A stretch of DNA of 64,000 nucleotides from positions 12,416 to 76,415 of the IMG/VR virus record IMGVR_UViG_3300025435_000016; one strand, given 5' to 3'. The position numbers and the translations under genes are program-made. Source of the DNA: a virus. Shown in pieces: positions 35,026-45,491 of the stretch (the first letter of the stretch is position 1; the number at the start of each line of letters is the position of its first letter). The notes under the pieces were generated by a model. The model made no database searches and was not told the DNA's origin. It was given only the letters and a program-made list of their open reading frames with translations.

Positions 35026-38000
35026 ATGTCCGACAACGCCCGGTTCCATAATAAGCTTCATAGAAAGAATCACCACTCGAATCCAACAGGTGGTTATCCT
35101 GATTCAGCTACAGATCCTATTGCTTCATACGCTGAACCGTTTCAGGGGGATTTTGTTATTCAGGGTAATCTTAGTGCTTCAGGCTCAATTTTTACAAATT
35201 ATTATACGCTTTCTAATATTAGTATACCGCAACCGGTGTTGTCAGCGAATGCAAGCTTTGTACCGACGAATTCTCTTATTGTTCAGTTAAGTGGAGCAAA
35301 CTATGCTATTCCGGTTACCCTTCTCAAATATGACGTTTTTGGTAACTATACAGGTGATGTGCCCTATACGAACGGTTCGGTACCTGTTTACGATTTTACC
35401 AATCAGATTACTGTTCTTAGTGGTTTAAGTGCGCTCGGCCCAATCTACGGACCTAGTAGTACAAACTGGAATACAGCTTTTTCAATAGCTACAGCTATTA
35501 GTACCCAGTATCTTAAGCTTTCAAGTCAAACGTTCTTATTAAATGGTACTCAAATTACGCCTAACTTTGGAACAAATACTGCTTCAGGTAACTACACCTC
35601 AATCTTAGGTGGTAATAATAATCGAGTCTCTGGTAATTACTCAAGTGTCGGCGGTGGTTTAGGTAATACAGCCTCTGGAGCTTATTCAAATATCGGGGGC
35701 GGAACTGCTAACGTTGCTTCAGGTAATTACACCTTTGTAGGTACTGGATGCACTAACATCGCCACAGGAAGCTATTCTAATGTTGCAGGTGGTTGTACGA
35801 ATACAGCACCTGGTGATTACACACATATTGGTGGCGGTTTTGGTAATCAAGCTCTTTCAGCCTTTAATACTGTTCTCGGTGGTTATCAAAATATTGCCTC
35901 TGGACTTTATTCTAATATCGCTGGTGGCCAATTAAACCAAGCAACCGGTCAGACTTCAAACGTAGCAGGAGGCTGTGGTAACATCGCTTCAGGAAACTGC
36001 TCTACTGTTGTCGGTGGTCAATCGAATTATGCCTCCAACTATACGGCTGTTGTTGTAGGTGGGTTGGGTAATATTGCTTCTGGTTCAGGTTCTATTATCG
36101 GTGGGGGATTGACAAATACAGCATCTGGAACTTATTCAAGTGTTGGTGGTGGTAGAAACTCTACAGCAGTAGGTAATTACACTCATATTGCTGGTGGTTA
36201 TAATAATAACGCTTCTGGTGCTTATTCATTCGTTGCTGCAGGTTCTGCTAATAGCGATTTAGGTTACACAAATACTTTTATTCTTGGATCAAATCTTAGC
36301 GCATCAAAAGCAAATTTTGCTTATGTAAATAACCTCAGCTCTCAAGGAGTTGTTTATGGTGCACATTATGGTGATGGTTCCAATCTCACTAATACAATAG
36401 GTAATAACGTATATACAACTGTTAATGGAAATAGTGCTAATTGGAATAGCACATATACAACTGTTCAATCAAATAGTGCTAGTTGGAGCGGTACGGTTGC
36501 TGTAGCAAATTACGTTGTATCGACGAGCGCTACAAATAATCCTACCTATAATCAAACAACTTATGCGTTAGCATCAGCACAGGCTCTCATAGCAGTTCCA
36601 AGTGTTTCTGGTATTGGTAATATTTTAAACCCTTATGGTATTACTACCTTAGGTAATTGGGCTGCAGATTTAGGTGGCTATGGTAATAACGCTACAGGTA
36701 ATTACTCTATTGTCGCTGGTGGTGCTGGTAATCAATCTATTGGTAATTATTCGGGTGTTTTAGCTGGTGCTAATAACAATGCAACAGGAATTAATACATT
36801 CATAGGCGGTGGTAACGGTAATACAGCTTCAGGTAATTATTCTATTATTGGTGGTGGTTATGGTAATGTAACTAGTGTATGCCAGGCTGTAATTCTTGGT
36901 GGTTGCTTGAATACAGTATCTGGTAGCGCATCAAATGTTGTTGGTGGCTGTAATAACGTTGTTTCAGGTAACTACTCAGGTATTCTCGGTGGTCAAAATA
37001 ATAATGCTTCCGGTAATAATGCCTTTATACTTGGATCAAACATCACATCAACTGTTTCCAATTATACTATTGTTAATAATCTCTCTTCTTTAGGTAATGT
37101 AAATTCACTAAGTGCGTGTACCGGTTATATTAATATTAATCCATTAGGTTTAACACCTACATTTGGTAATTCGGTAGGTCAATTTACAACTTGCTCTAAT
37201 ACATATCTACAATTTGCTGGTCAAAATTTATGTAATGGTAATAGCGCATCAACCGATTTTGTAGCTACAGCTGATAACGGATCGAATACATCAAACTTCG
37301 TTAATTTTGGTATTAATAGTAGTGGTTATACGAATTCAGCTTACAGTATAACTACAGCTCTCGATAGTTACCTTTACAACAGCGGTGGTAATCTCGCTGT
37401 TGGTACAGCTAGCTCAAATGGTAATCTTATCTTACACACTGGTGGTACCCTTAGTACTAATGAACGTGTTAGAATTACAAATACCGGTCTTGTTGGTATT
37501 AATACAACCTCTCCAAACAAAACATTAACTGTTATTGGAGATATTTCAGCAACTGGAATTATCTATAATGACTCTATTGGATATACAGCAAATCCTACAC
37601 TATCGTCTATTGTTCCAGTTTATGGTAGTAATAATATCACAGGTTATAATTCAAATATTGAAGGCGGTACAGGTAATTCAATCACCGGTCAATACTCAGT
37701 AATAGGTGGTGGTTGTGGTAATACCAATTCAGATACAGGTTCTGTTGTCGCTGGTGGCTTGGGTAATACCGCTTCCGGTCCATACATTGTAATTGGTGGC
37801 GGTAACTGCAACAGCGCAACAGGCCGATATAACGTTGTCGAAGGTGGTCAATGTAATACTATTACTACCGGATCGTATTCAAATATCAACGGTGGGTTTT
37901 ACAATACAATTAGCAATAATTACGTTGCAATTAATGGCGGATTTAAGAACAGTGTTCAAGGATGCGCGACTTCAATAGCTGGCGGCATAGGTAATACAGC

Positions 38001-40272
38001 GCTTGGTTCTTATTCTTTCGTTGCCGGTGGTTCTGGAAATTGTATTAATAACAACGTAACTAATGCATTCGTTCTCGGATCAAATATCACTACATCACAA
38101 TCAAATTTTACATATGTAAACAATTTGACTGCAGCAGGTGTAATCTACGGTATATCATTCTATGGTGATGGGTCTAATCTAGTTAATGTAGGTGCTTATA
38201 ATCTTTGCAGTACATATGCATCTATTAACCCTGTATGTGGTAATAATATTGCTTCAGGAAATTATTCTAGTGTGGCTGGTGGTTGTACCAATACAGCTTC
38301 TGGTAATTATTCAAGCATAGTAGGAGGATGTGGTAATATTGCTTCAGGAAACTACTCATTTATTGCCGGTGGTAGTGGTAACAACGTATTAAACGCATCT
38401 AATACCTTTATCCTAGGTAGCAACATAACAGCACCAAGCGCTAACTTTACATATGTTAATAATCTCTCCACAAATGGTGTAATATGTGGCTCTACAATCT
38501 ACGGTAATGCTATTTGCGGTACTACATTCTATGGCGATGGTTCGAATCTTAGAAATATTGGTGGTAAGACAGTATATGTAGTAGGGCCCGGTACATACTC
38601 CGTCCAGCCAGTTCAGGGTGGTAATTGCGCCAGTGGTCAATTCTCTGTAATTAATAATGGTAGATCAAATACAGCTTCCGGAAATTACTCTATCGTCGAT
38701 GGTGGTCTTTGCAATACAGCTTCAGGAACATATTCCTTTATTGCTGGGGGTTGCCGTAATAATACAAATAACTTTAGGAATACCTTTATATTAGGTTCTA
38801 ATTTATGCGCCGGTCAAGTTAATTTTACATATGTTAATAATCTCTCATCACCAGGTGCCATATTCAGTTCAACATATTTCGGTGATGGTACAAATCTAAC
38901 AGGCATTACTACAACAACAGTTCTCGATAGTTGCATCAATACTGTTAACACAGAAATTAACGCTGTAAGTGCTTCAGTTGTTGCTCTATCCAACAGTTTG
39001 ACTGCATACCCAACAACGTCAAACTTCCCGTATACAACCGGTGGTGATGGTACTGCAATTATACCTGCTTCCGGTTATAATACAGCGTCCGGAATTTATT
39101 CGAACATAGGTGGCGGTTATTGCAATTCTATTATTAATTCCGGTAACTACTCGCATATTGGTGGTGGTTATTGCAATACAGCATCTGGTAATTATACGAC
39201 CGTTCTCGGTGGTAAGTGTAATACTTCTTCTGGTAGCTGCACTGTAGTCGCTGGTGGTTTACAAAACGTAGCGTGCTGTAATTACTCCGGTGTATTTACA
39301 GGTACAAGTAACTGCGCTGTATGTGATCTTGACGTTGTACTCGGTGGTAACTTTAATACAGCGTGTGGACTTAATAGCTTTATTATCGCTGGTTACAATA
39401 ATACCGCATCAGGTAATTATTCCGGTATTCTCGGTGGTCAAAATAGCATAGTAAGCTATCCAAACTCATTCATTATCGGTACGGGATTAAGTGCCTCACA
39501 GGCTAATTACACTTTCGTTAACAATTTAAGTGCACAGGGCATCATAAGTGATGGTACAAGCAATAGCACACAGTGGGGTAATAGATCTTATACTTTTGTA
39601 AATGCTACCTCTTCTATTCAACCTTTAATTGGTAGTAATGCTGCTTCTGGTCAATTCTCTAGTATTGCCGGTGGGTATAGAAATACTACAGTCGGTTTAT
39701 ATTCTAATATTAACGGTGGTACTAATAACCAAGCTCTCAGCTCCTGGGCTACTGTTGGTGGTGGTAATCTTAACCAAGCTCTTAGTGGTTACAGTGTTGT
39801 AGCTGGTGGTTGGTCAAATTGCGCTACCGACTGGGCATCAACTGTTAATGGTGGTTATGGAAATAGAGCTACTGCATCTGGTACAACAGTCGGTGGTGGA
39901 TTGAATAATACATCATCCGGTGTTTATTCACATATTGGTGGTGGCAGAAATAATAGTGTAGCTGGTAATTACGGTGTTATAGTTGGTGGATACAATAATA
40001 CTGCTTCAGGAAATTACTCCTTTATTGCAGCTGGCTCAGCAAACTACACTAATTACCCTAATACCTTTATTCTTGGTACTGGATTGAGCGCTGTTTCTGC
40101 AAATTACACTTATGTTAATAACATTAGCGCACAAGGTCGCATATCAACTAACACGTTACAGGTCGCTAGCATCTCTGCAACAAATACAGCAGTAGGCTCT
40201 TTAACTGGTAAAATGCCAATTTATAATGCAAGTGGTACTTTACTTGGTTATATTCCAATTTATACAAGTTAA
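35026..40272 (+). CDS. Giant fibre/adhesin-like protein with several blocks of ~14-aa Gly-rich beta-roll repeats
   Basis: 1748 aa; dozens of N-x-A-S-G-x-Y-S-x-I-x-G-G units; blocks end in NTFILGS...TYVNNLS. Confidence 0.8.
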   Translation: MSDNARFHNKLHRKNHHSNPTGGYPDSATDPIASYAEPFQGDFVIQGNLSASGSIFTNYYTLSNISIPQPVLSANASFVPTNSLIVQLSGANYAIPVTLLKYDVFGNYTGDVPYTNGSVPVYDFTNQITVLSGLSALGPIYGPSSTNWNTAFSIATAISTQYLKLSSQTFLLNGTQITPNFGTNTASGNYTSILGGNNNRVSGNYSSVGGGLGNTASGAYSNIGGGTANVASGNYTFVGTGCTNIATGSYSNVAGGCTNTAPGDYTHIGGGFGNQALSAFNTVLGGYQNIASGLYSNIAGGQLNQATGQTSNVAGGCGNIASGNCSTVVGGQSNYASNYTAVVVGGLGNIASGSGSIIGGGLTNTASGTYSSVGGGRNSTAVGNYTHIAGGYNNNASGAYSFVAAGSANSDLGYTNTFILGSNLSASKANFAYVNNLSSQGVVYGAHYGDGSNLTNTIGNNVYTTVNGNSANWNSTYTTVQSNSASWSGTVAVANYVVSTSATNNPTYNQTTYALASAQALIAVPSVSGIGNILNPYGITTLGNWAADLGGYGNNATGNYSIVAGGAGNQSIGNYSGVLAGANNNATGINTFIGGGNGNTASGNYSIIGGGYGNVTSVCQAVILGGCLNTVSGSASNVVGGCNNVVSGNYSGILGGQNNNASGNNAFILGSNITSTVSNYTIVNNLSSLGNVNSLSACTGYININPLGLTPTFGNSVGQFTTCSNTYLQFAGQNLCNGNSASTDFVATADNGSNTSNFVNFGINSSGYTNSAYSITTALDSYLYNSGGNLAVGTASSNGNLILHTGGTLSTNERVRITNTGLVGINTTSPNKTLTVIGDISATGIIYNDSIGYTANPTLSSIVPVYGSNNITGYNSNIEGGTGNSITGQYSVIGGGCGNTNSDTGSVVAGGLGNTASGPYIVIGGGNCNSATGRYNVVEGGQCNTITTGSYSNINGGFYNTISNNYVAINGGFKNSVQGCATSIAGGIGNTALGSYSFVAGGSGNCINNNVTNAFVLGSNITTSQSNFTYVNNLTAAGVIYGISFYGDGSNLVNVGAYNLCSTYASINPVCGNNIASGNYSSVAGGCTNTASGNYSSIVGGCGNIASGNYSFIAGGSGNNVLNASNTFILGSNITAPSANFTYVNNLSTNGVICGSTIYGNAICGTTFYGDGSNLRNIGGKTVYVVGPGTYSVQPVQGGNCASGQFSVINNGRSNTASGNYSIVDGGLCNTASGTYSFIAGGCRNNTNNFRNTFILGSNLCAGQVNFTYVNNLSSPGAIFSSTYFGDGTNLTGITTTTVLDSCINTVNTEINAVSASVVALSNSLTAYPTTSNFPYTTGGDGTAIIPASGYNTASGIYSNIGGGYCNSIINSGNYSHIGGGYCNTASGNYTTVLGGKCNTSSGSCTVVAGGLQNVACCNYSGVFTGTSNCAVCDLDVVLGGNFNTACGLNSFIIAGYNNTASGNYSGILGGQNSIVSYPNSFIIGTGLSASQANYTFVNNLSAQGIISDGTSNSTQWGNRSYTFVNATSSIQPLIGSNAASGQFSSIAGGYRNTTVGLYSNINGGTNNQALSSWATVGGGNLNQALSGYSVVAGGWSNCATDWASTVNGGYGNRATASGTTVGGGLNNTSSGVYSHIGGGRNNSVAGNYGVIVGGYNNTASGNYSFIAAGSANYTNYPNTFILGTGLSAVSANYTYVNNISAQGRISTNTLQVASISATNTAVGSLTGKMPIYNASGTLLGYIPIYTS

Positions 40273-40289
40273 TAAATAATTAACGTTGT

Positions 40290-41339
40290 ATGTACACCTT
40301 ACCTACTGATGCCATAGCTAGTAGTATTATTTTTACTCAATTCTTGGATACATCAAAAGACATTGTTATATCTTTTGATTACGCTTGTTATGGGCCAGCG
40401 CAAACAGGTAGTGAAGGATTTTGTGTATTCTTTACCAATACGTTCGCTCAAAATATTGCAGGTGGTGGACCAGGTCCAGGGTTAGGCTATGCTACAACAA
40501 ATGGTGTATATGCAGCTGAAGGTAATTCTAGATATAATAACGATGGTGGCCCGGTTATTTCTGGCATTAGCCAGGGCATATTAGGAATAGGGTTTGATAT
40601 TACAGGTAATTTTGGAAGTAATTTATATCTTAGCGGTGGCTCAGCAAAGTTTACTCCAAATTCAATTACATTAAGAGCAGATCAAGTTAGTAATTTTAAT
40701 TTTATTACACAAACCCCTGATTTGAGATTTATTCCCGGAATACCGTCAATGAGTATCTATCAACAGGTATCAGGAACAGCTCCTACATACAAGAGAGTGA
40801 GAATAAGAATGACAGATTACGGTAGCCGTATTATTGTTGATATGAAAAATGTTGGAGATTTAAATTTTGTTAATTATCTCAACTATTCTATTTCACTCTA
40901 TAACAATACAATTACATATAACCCGTTTTTAAGTTCTAATCAACTATTCTTCCCATCATCGTTATGGTGTGGGTTAGCTTTTACAACTGGACTTACAACG
41001 AATACAACATTTAAAATAAAGAATTTTAATATAAATGGTAATATTACATCAAATATCGGTAATTCTTCTTATACTTACTATTACGCTGTCGATACAACAA
41101 CATTAAGCGCTACTTTCAAATATCTGAATACACCTGCATTATTCTCTTACGGTGATACACTTTCCGCCGTGGATACATACGATGGTGTGAATCCGTATCC
41201 AAATACTACAACGAACCCTGCTATTACCGCAAATCCGCTCATTATTGTCAATCCACCAGCAAACGCAGCTCCAGGTAGCGGGGGTGCACCATATCAATCA
41301 GGTGATAGTAATCAATATCTTATTGTAACCCCGCGGTAA
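40290..41339 (+). CDS. L-type lectin/ConA-like virion protein
   Basis: EGFCVFF...GPGLGY...LGIGFD..GNF...GLAFTTG pattern. Confidence 0.55.
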   Translation: MYTLPTDAIASSIIFTQFLDTSKDIVISFDYACYGPAQTGSEGFCVFFTNTFAQNIAGGGPGPGLGYATTNGVYAAEGNSRYNNDGGPVISGISQGILGIGFDITGNFGSNLYLSGGSAKFTPNSITLRADQVSNFNFITQTPDLRFIPGIPSMSIYQQVSGTAPTYKRVRIRMTDYGSRIIVDMKNVGDLNFVNYLNYSISLYNNTITYNPFLSSNQLFFPSSLWCGLAFTTGLTTNTTFKIKNFNINGNITSNIGNSSYTYYYAVDTTTLSATFKYLNTPALFSYGDTLSAVDTYDGVNPYPNTTTNPAITANPLIIVNPPANAAPGSGGAPYQSGDSNQYLIVTPR

Positions 41340-41392
41340 GGTTATAAAGCCATCAAGATTTTTGTTATTTAGAATAAATAACATTGTCATAT

Positions 41393-44300
41393 ATGAGTAT
41401 TGCAGCAACCCTTTCATTAAATCTACCAGCTATTACCGCACTATGTATTGGTACAAGGGGTAGTCAAATTTGGTCAGGCTACGGGCCAGCGGCAACAGGA
41501 GCTTCATCGTTTCAGGTGTTGTCAGGTGATTATTATGTAGATAGAAATACAGGTAATTACTACGGACCGTATACAACAACCTGGGCAACATCAGCTCTCT
41601 TCACGTTAAGCTTTCCTCAAACTGCAATTCCGTTTACCATCTATAATTCCAATAGCTCGTTAGTTGTTCCTGTTTATAATGTCAATAATACAATATTATC
41701 TGGTAGTAATTACTCAATAATTTTCAGCGGTCAGACTAATACATTATCAGGTTCAAATTTAATTATTTTTGGTGGTTTGAACAATGCACTCACTGGTAGT
41801 AACTCCTTTGTTTTAGGTTCAAATATTATTGCTGGTTCTGCAATTGATTTTACATTTGTTAATAACCTTTCAAGTACAAATAATATCTTTGCATCAAATA
41901 ATATCACTGCTTTAAACAGCGTTTTTGTAAATGGTGGTAATAGTAATCAATGGAATAATTCCTACACAACTGTTAAAAATACGTCAGCTAATTGGAGTAA
42001 CGTATTTACATCAGTTAACAATACATCAGCTAACTGGAATAACTCATATAGTACATTAACAGCAAATTCAGGTACTTGGGTAACATATACTGCTCTTACC
42101 AACGTTAGTGGTAATTGGCAAAATACCTATACTAATGTCAATTCAAATAGTGCCAACTGGAATAGCTCATATAGCACTTTAACAGCGAATTCTGGTACAT
42201 GGGTAACATATACCGCTCTCACTAATGTTAGTGGTAATTGGCAAAATACCTATACTAATGTCAATTCAAATAGTGCTAACTGGAATAGTACATATACTAC
42301 AGTAACCGGTAACTCAGCTACGTGGTATAATACCTATACCACAGTTCAAACTTATAGTGCAGGTTGGTCAAGTGTTACGTCAGCTTCAGCAGCTACATAT
42401 ACCTTAAACACAAATAATAGCCTATTACCTATTAAGGGCAGTAATACAGCTTTTGGAACTTATTCAAATATCGGTGGTGGTACAAATAACGCAAATTGTG
42501 CTAACTGCTCAGTAATCGGTGGCGGTGCTTATAATGCTACATATACAGGTAATGCCTATGCAAGTATTGGTGGTGGTTTAGGTCTTTCTGCTTACGGTAA
42601 TTTCTCACATATTGGTGGTGGGCAGAACAACTGTATATCAACCGGGGGTGGTAGTTCAAGTATTCTCGGTGGTAATTCAAATTGCGTATCCGGTCTCGGT
42701 AGTACTGTAGTAGGCGGTATGAGTAACTCAGCATCTGGCGTTTATTCATATGTTGCTGGTGGAAGTGGAAATACTGTTACTGCAAATAATGCGTTCATCT
42801 TAGGTAATAATATTACCGCTACTAATCCAAACACAACATACATTAATAATCTTAGTGCTACAGCTAACGCATATATAGGTGGTAAAATCGGTGTAGGTAC
42901 AACGACTGCAACATCGACATTAGCTATAGCTGGACTGGGTCAGAGTTATAATAATGCACCAGGTCTACCACTTTCTTCGATTAATACAAGCGGTTCCTTA
43001 GGCAATGCTATAACAGTTGGTGATACTGGGACTGCTGTTGGTAACGGTGGTACAATTCTATTTCAAGCAAATGCAGCACCCGCCGGTGCAGGACCTGCAC
43101 CTTGGAACTTTGCAGCAATACACGGTAATGTAACAAATGGTGGGGGTAATTCACAAGGAGATATTGGCTTCTATACAAGAACAAGTTCTACTGATGCCGT
43201 ACTGTCAGGTATACCACTTTATATACTGGGTGGTGCTAATTTTGTCGGTATTGGTACCCAAACTCCAAACGTAGCTTTAACTGTTGTCGGTGCAATAAGT
43301 GCGACAGGTTCAATAACTACAAAAAGTAGTGCTACAGTTGGTAATGGACTTACAGTATCTAGTGGTACAGCTTCTTTACAAGGCGGTGCGACAGTTAGTA
43401 GTGGTCTTACCGTGTCTACAGGCGGCTTAACAGTATCAAATGGTACAGCTTCATTACCTCAAACAACAACAAGTGGTATTACATCTAATGCTGCTAGTTA
43501 CTTTAATGGTAACGTTGGTATCTTTAAAAGTAATCCAGCGTATCCGCTCGACGTTGTTGGTTCTATTCAAATAGCAGGTGGAAATGCTGTAACCGGGTCA
43601 ACCGGGACATTCTACGCAAATGACCAATCAACAACAGGCTACGCTGCTATTTCACGTAATGCCGGTATTACCAATTTCTACGATAGTGTCTACGGTACTG
43701 GTAGCCCTATTATATCCTATACAACTACCGGCAGTGTTGGTATAAAAGGTTCTCCCGGTACAGGTGTAACTTTTGATGTAACCGGAAATACAAGAAGTAG
43801 TACTGGATATCTAATAGGAACAAATGGTGGGACCTCAGGTCATTATCTTTATGACGCAGGCGCTGGTAGCATTGGATTACGCGCTTACGGTCCAGGTGGA
43901 ACCACGTATTTTAGTTTTAATAGTAGCGGTACTTTCTCTGCTTCAAATGGGGGTGGTTATTTTAATGGCAATGTTGGTATTGGTACACCATCTCCTTCCT
44001 CTCCGTTACATGTTTTCAATACACTTGGCGCCGGTGGTAATGTCGCTCCTTCTCTTACTTACGGTTCAGCTGCTACAACTATTATAAACGCCGGTTATCA
44101 GGATATTGCCTTTGGTAGTGCTAATACAGCAAGTCCATACGCAGCATGGTTACAAACTCGTACAAATCTAAATAATGCCGGTGTATTTTCAATTAACCCG
44201 TTAGGTGGGAGTGTTGGTATTGGTACATTGACACCAAATTCAACTTTATCAGTCAATGGTACAATAAGTGCTAGCTCAGCATTAGGTATGTATAGTAATA

Positions 44301-45478
44301 ATTTACTACTACAAGGTGATGGGAGTAATGCTTATATTAGACCTACTAATAATGGTGGTAGTTTATATCTTGGTCCATATAATAATAATTTATTAAATCT
44401 TAATACTAATGGTAATGTTGGTATTGGTGGTGTATCATCTCCAGGCTATCAATTAGATATTAATGCTGGTAATACTGGATCAACAGCAGGTAGTCAAACA
44501 AGTGGTATACGAATTTCTGTAACTGACGCGAACGTTGATCAACTATTAATAACAAATACAAGAGCAATTAACGGTAGTGATTGGGGCACAGCTGGGTGGA
44601 GAATACAGGAAAAAGTTGATGCTACTTGGATGAATTATATTCAATTAAATGCCGGAACTATTGGTTCGTCGACAAATGCGGGTATTAGTTTTGGTACAGG
44701 GACTAGTACCGTTTCACCAATATCGATACCTGAAGTAATGCGTATTACTACTAGTGGTAATGTTGGCATCGGTACAACAAATCCTGGTGCTACATTGACT
44801 GTTAATGGTGCAATAAGTGCATCATTTGGTACCACTATCGGAACACTTACCGCTCAAAATCTAATAACAAACGGTAATGAGGTTGTATTCTCCGATGGTG
44901 TTGGTACAAATGATACAGGGAATGGAGCTAATACAGTCTCTCTTAATTATACAAACGGTACTTATGTAGGTCTTAGTGGATCAGGTCAGCTCTACGCATT
45001 AGGTGTACCGCGTTACACTTATCTGAATGCTCAAGCCACACCTATCGGCCCGGGTCTTGCAGCATTCTTTACAGCAGCGCCGACAGACTCGCTTTTCGGT
45101 GCCGGTGTTTATGAGATTGAAGCATTCTTAGTGTTTTTAAAAACGACAGCTGGTACTTTATCTGCTGTATTTAATGGAACATCTAGTTTTGCAGCTACTA
45201 CCGAACTACATATCAATACAACTATAACACCGACAGGTTCGCTTCTTACAACTACGGTAGGTGAATCGTATGTGTCACAAAACAGTAACGGTAGTAATAA
45301 TGCGCCTCTAGGTGTATCGGCAACACTAGCGAATGGTTCTTTTTATGGTGTGAGAATTAAAGCGTTATTACAAAATCTAACTGGTGCTACGAACAATGTT
45401 GGTATATACCTACTCCAAAGTGCTGGTACTTTGACACCGCAGAATGGTAGCTATAGAAAAATAACAAGAGTAGCATAA
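41393..45478 (+). CDS. Long fibre protein (coiled NW repeats, Gly repeats, GNVGIGT repeats)
   Basis: About 1360 aa; likely ATG at 41393. Confidence 0.75.
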   Translation: MSIAATLSLNLPAITALCIGTRGSQIWSGYGPAATGASSFQVLSGDYYVDRNTGNYYGPYTTTWATSALFTLSFPQTAIPFTIYNSNSSLVVPVYNVNNTILSGSNYSIIFSGQTNTLSGSNLIIFGGLNNALTGSNSFVLGSNIIAGSAIDFTFVNNLSSTNNIFASNNITALNSVFVNGGNSNQWNNSYTTVKNTSANWSNVFTSVNNTSANWNNSYSTLTANSGTWVTYTALTNVSGNWQNTYTNVNSNSANWNSSYSTLTANSGTWVTYTALTNVSGNWQNTYTNVNSNSANWNSTYTTVTGNSATWYNTYTTVQTYSAGWSSVTSASAATYTLNTNNSLLPIKGSNTAFGTYSNIGGGTNNANCANCSVIGGGAYNATYTGNAYASIGGGLGLSAYGNFSHIGGGQNNCISTGGGSSSILGGNSNCVSGLGSTVVGGMSNSASGVYSYVAGGSGNTVTANNAFILGNNITATNPNTTYINNLSATANAYIGGKIGVGTTTATSTLAIAGLGQSYNNAPGLPLSSINTSGSLGNAITVGDTGTAVGNGGTILFQANAAPAGAGPAPWNFAAIHGNVTNGGGNSQGDIGFYTRTSSTDAVLSGIPLYILGGANFVGIGTQTPNVALTVVGAISATGSITTKSSATVGNGLTVSSGTASLQGGATVSSGLTVSTGGLTVSNGTASLPQTTTSGITSNAASYFNGNVGIFKSNPAYPLDVVGSIQIAGGNAVTGSTGTFYANDQSTTGYAAISRNAGITNFYDSVYGTGSPIISYTTTGSVGIKGSPGTGVTFDVTGNTRSSTGYLIGTNGGTSGHYLYDAGAGSIGLRAYGPGGTTYFSFNSSGTFSASNGGGYFNGNVGIGTPSPSSPLHVFNTLGAGGNVAPSLTYGSAATTIINAGYQDIAFGSANTASPYAAWLQTRTNLNNAGVFSINPLGGSVGIGTLTPNSTLSVNGTISASSALGMYSNNLLLQGDGSNAYIRPTNNGGSLYLGPYNNNLLNLNTNGNVGIGGVSSPGYQLDINAGNTGSTAGSQTSGIRISVTDANVDQLLITNTRAINGSDWGTAGWRIQEKVDATWMNYIQLNAGTIGSSTNAGISFGTGTSTVSPISIPEVMRITTSGNVGIGTTNPGATLTVNGAISASFGTTIGTLTAQNLITNGNEVVFSDGVGTNDTGNGANTVSLNYTNGTYVGLSGSGQLYALGVPRYTYLNAQATPIGPGLAAFFTAAPTDSLFGAGVYEIEAFLVFLKTTAGTLSAVFNGTSSFAATTELHINTTITPTGSLLTTTVGESYVSQNSNGSNNAPLGVSATLANGSFYGVRIKALLQNLTGATNNVGIYLLQSAGTLTPQNGSYRKITRVA
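42032..42290 (+). repeat. 123-bp (41-aa) tandem duplication
   Basis: Units start at 42032 and 42155, with a partial third at 42278. Confidence 0.85.
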
Positions 45479-45491
45479 GTTATATTATACT

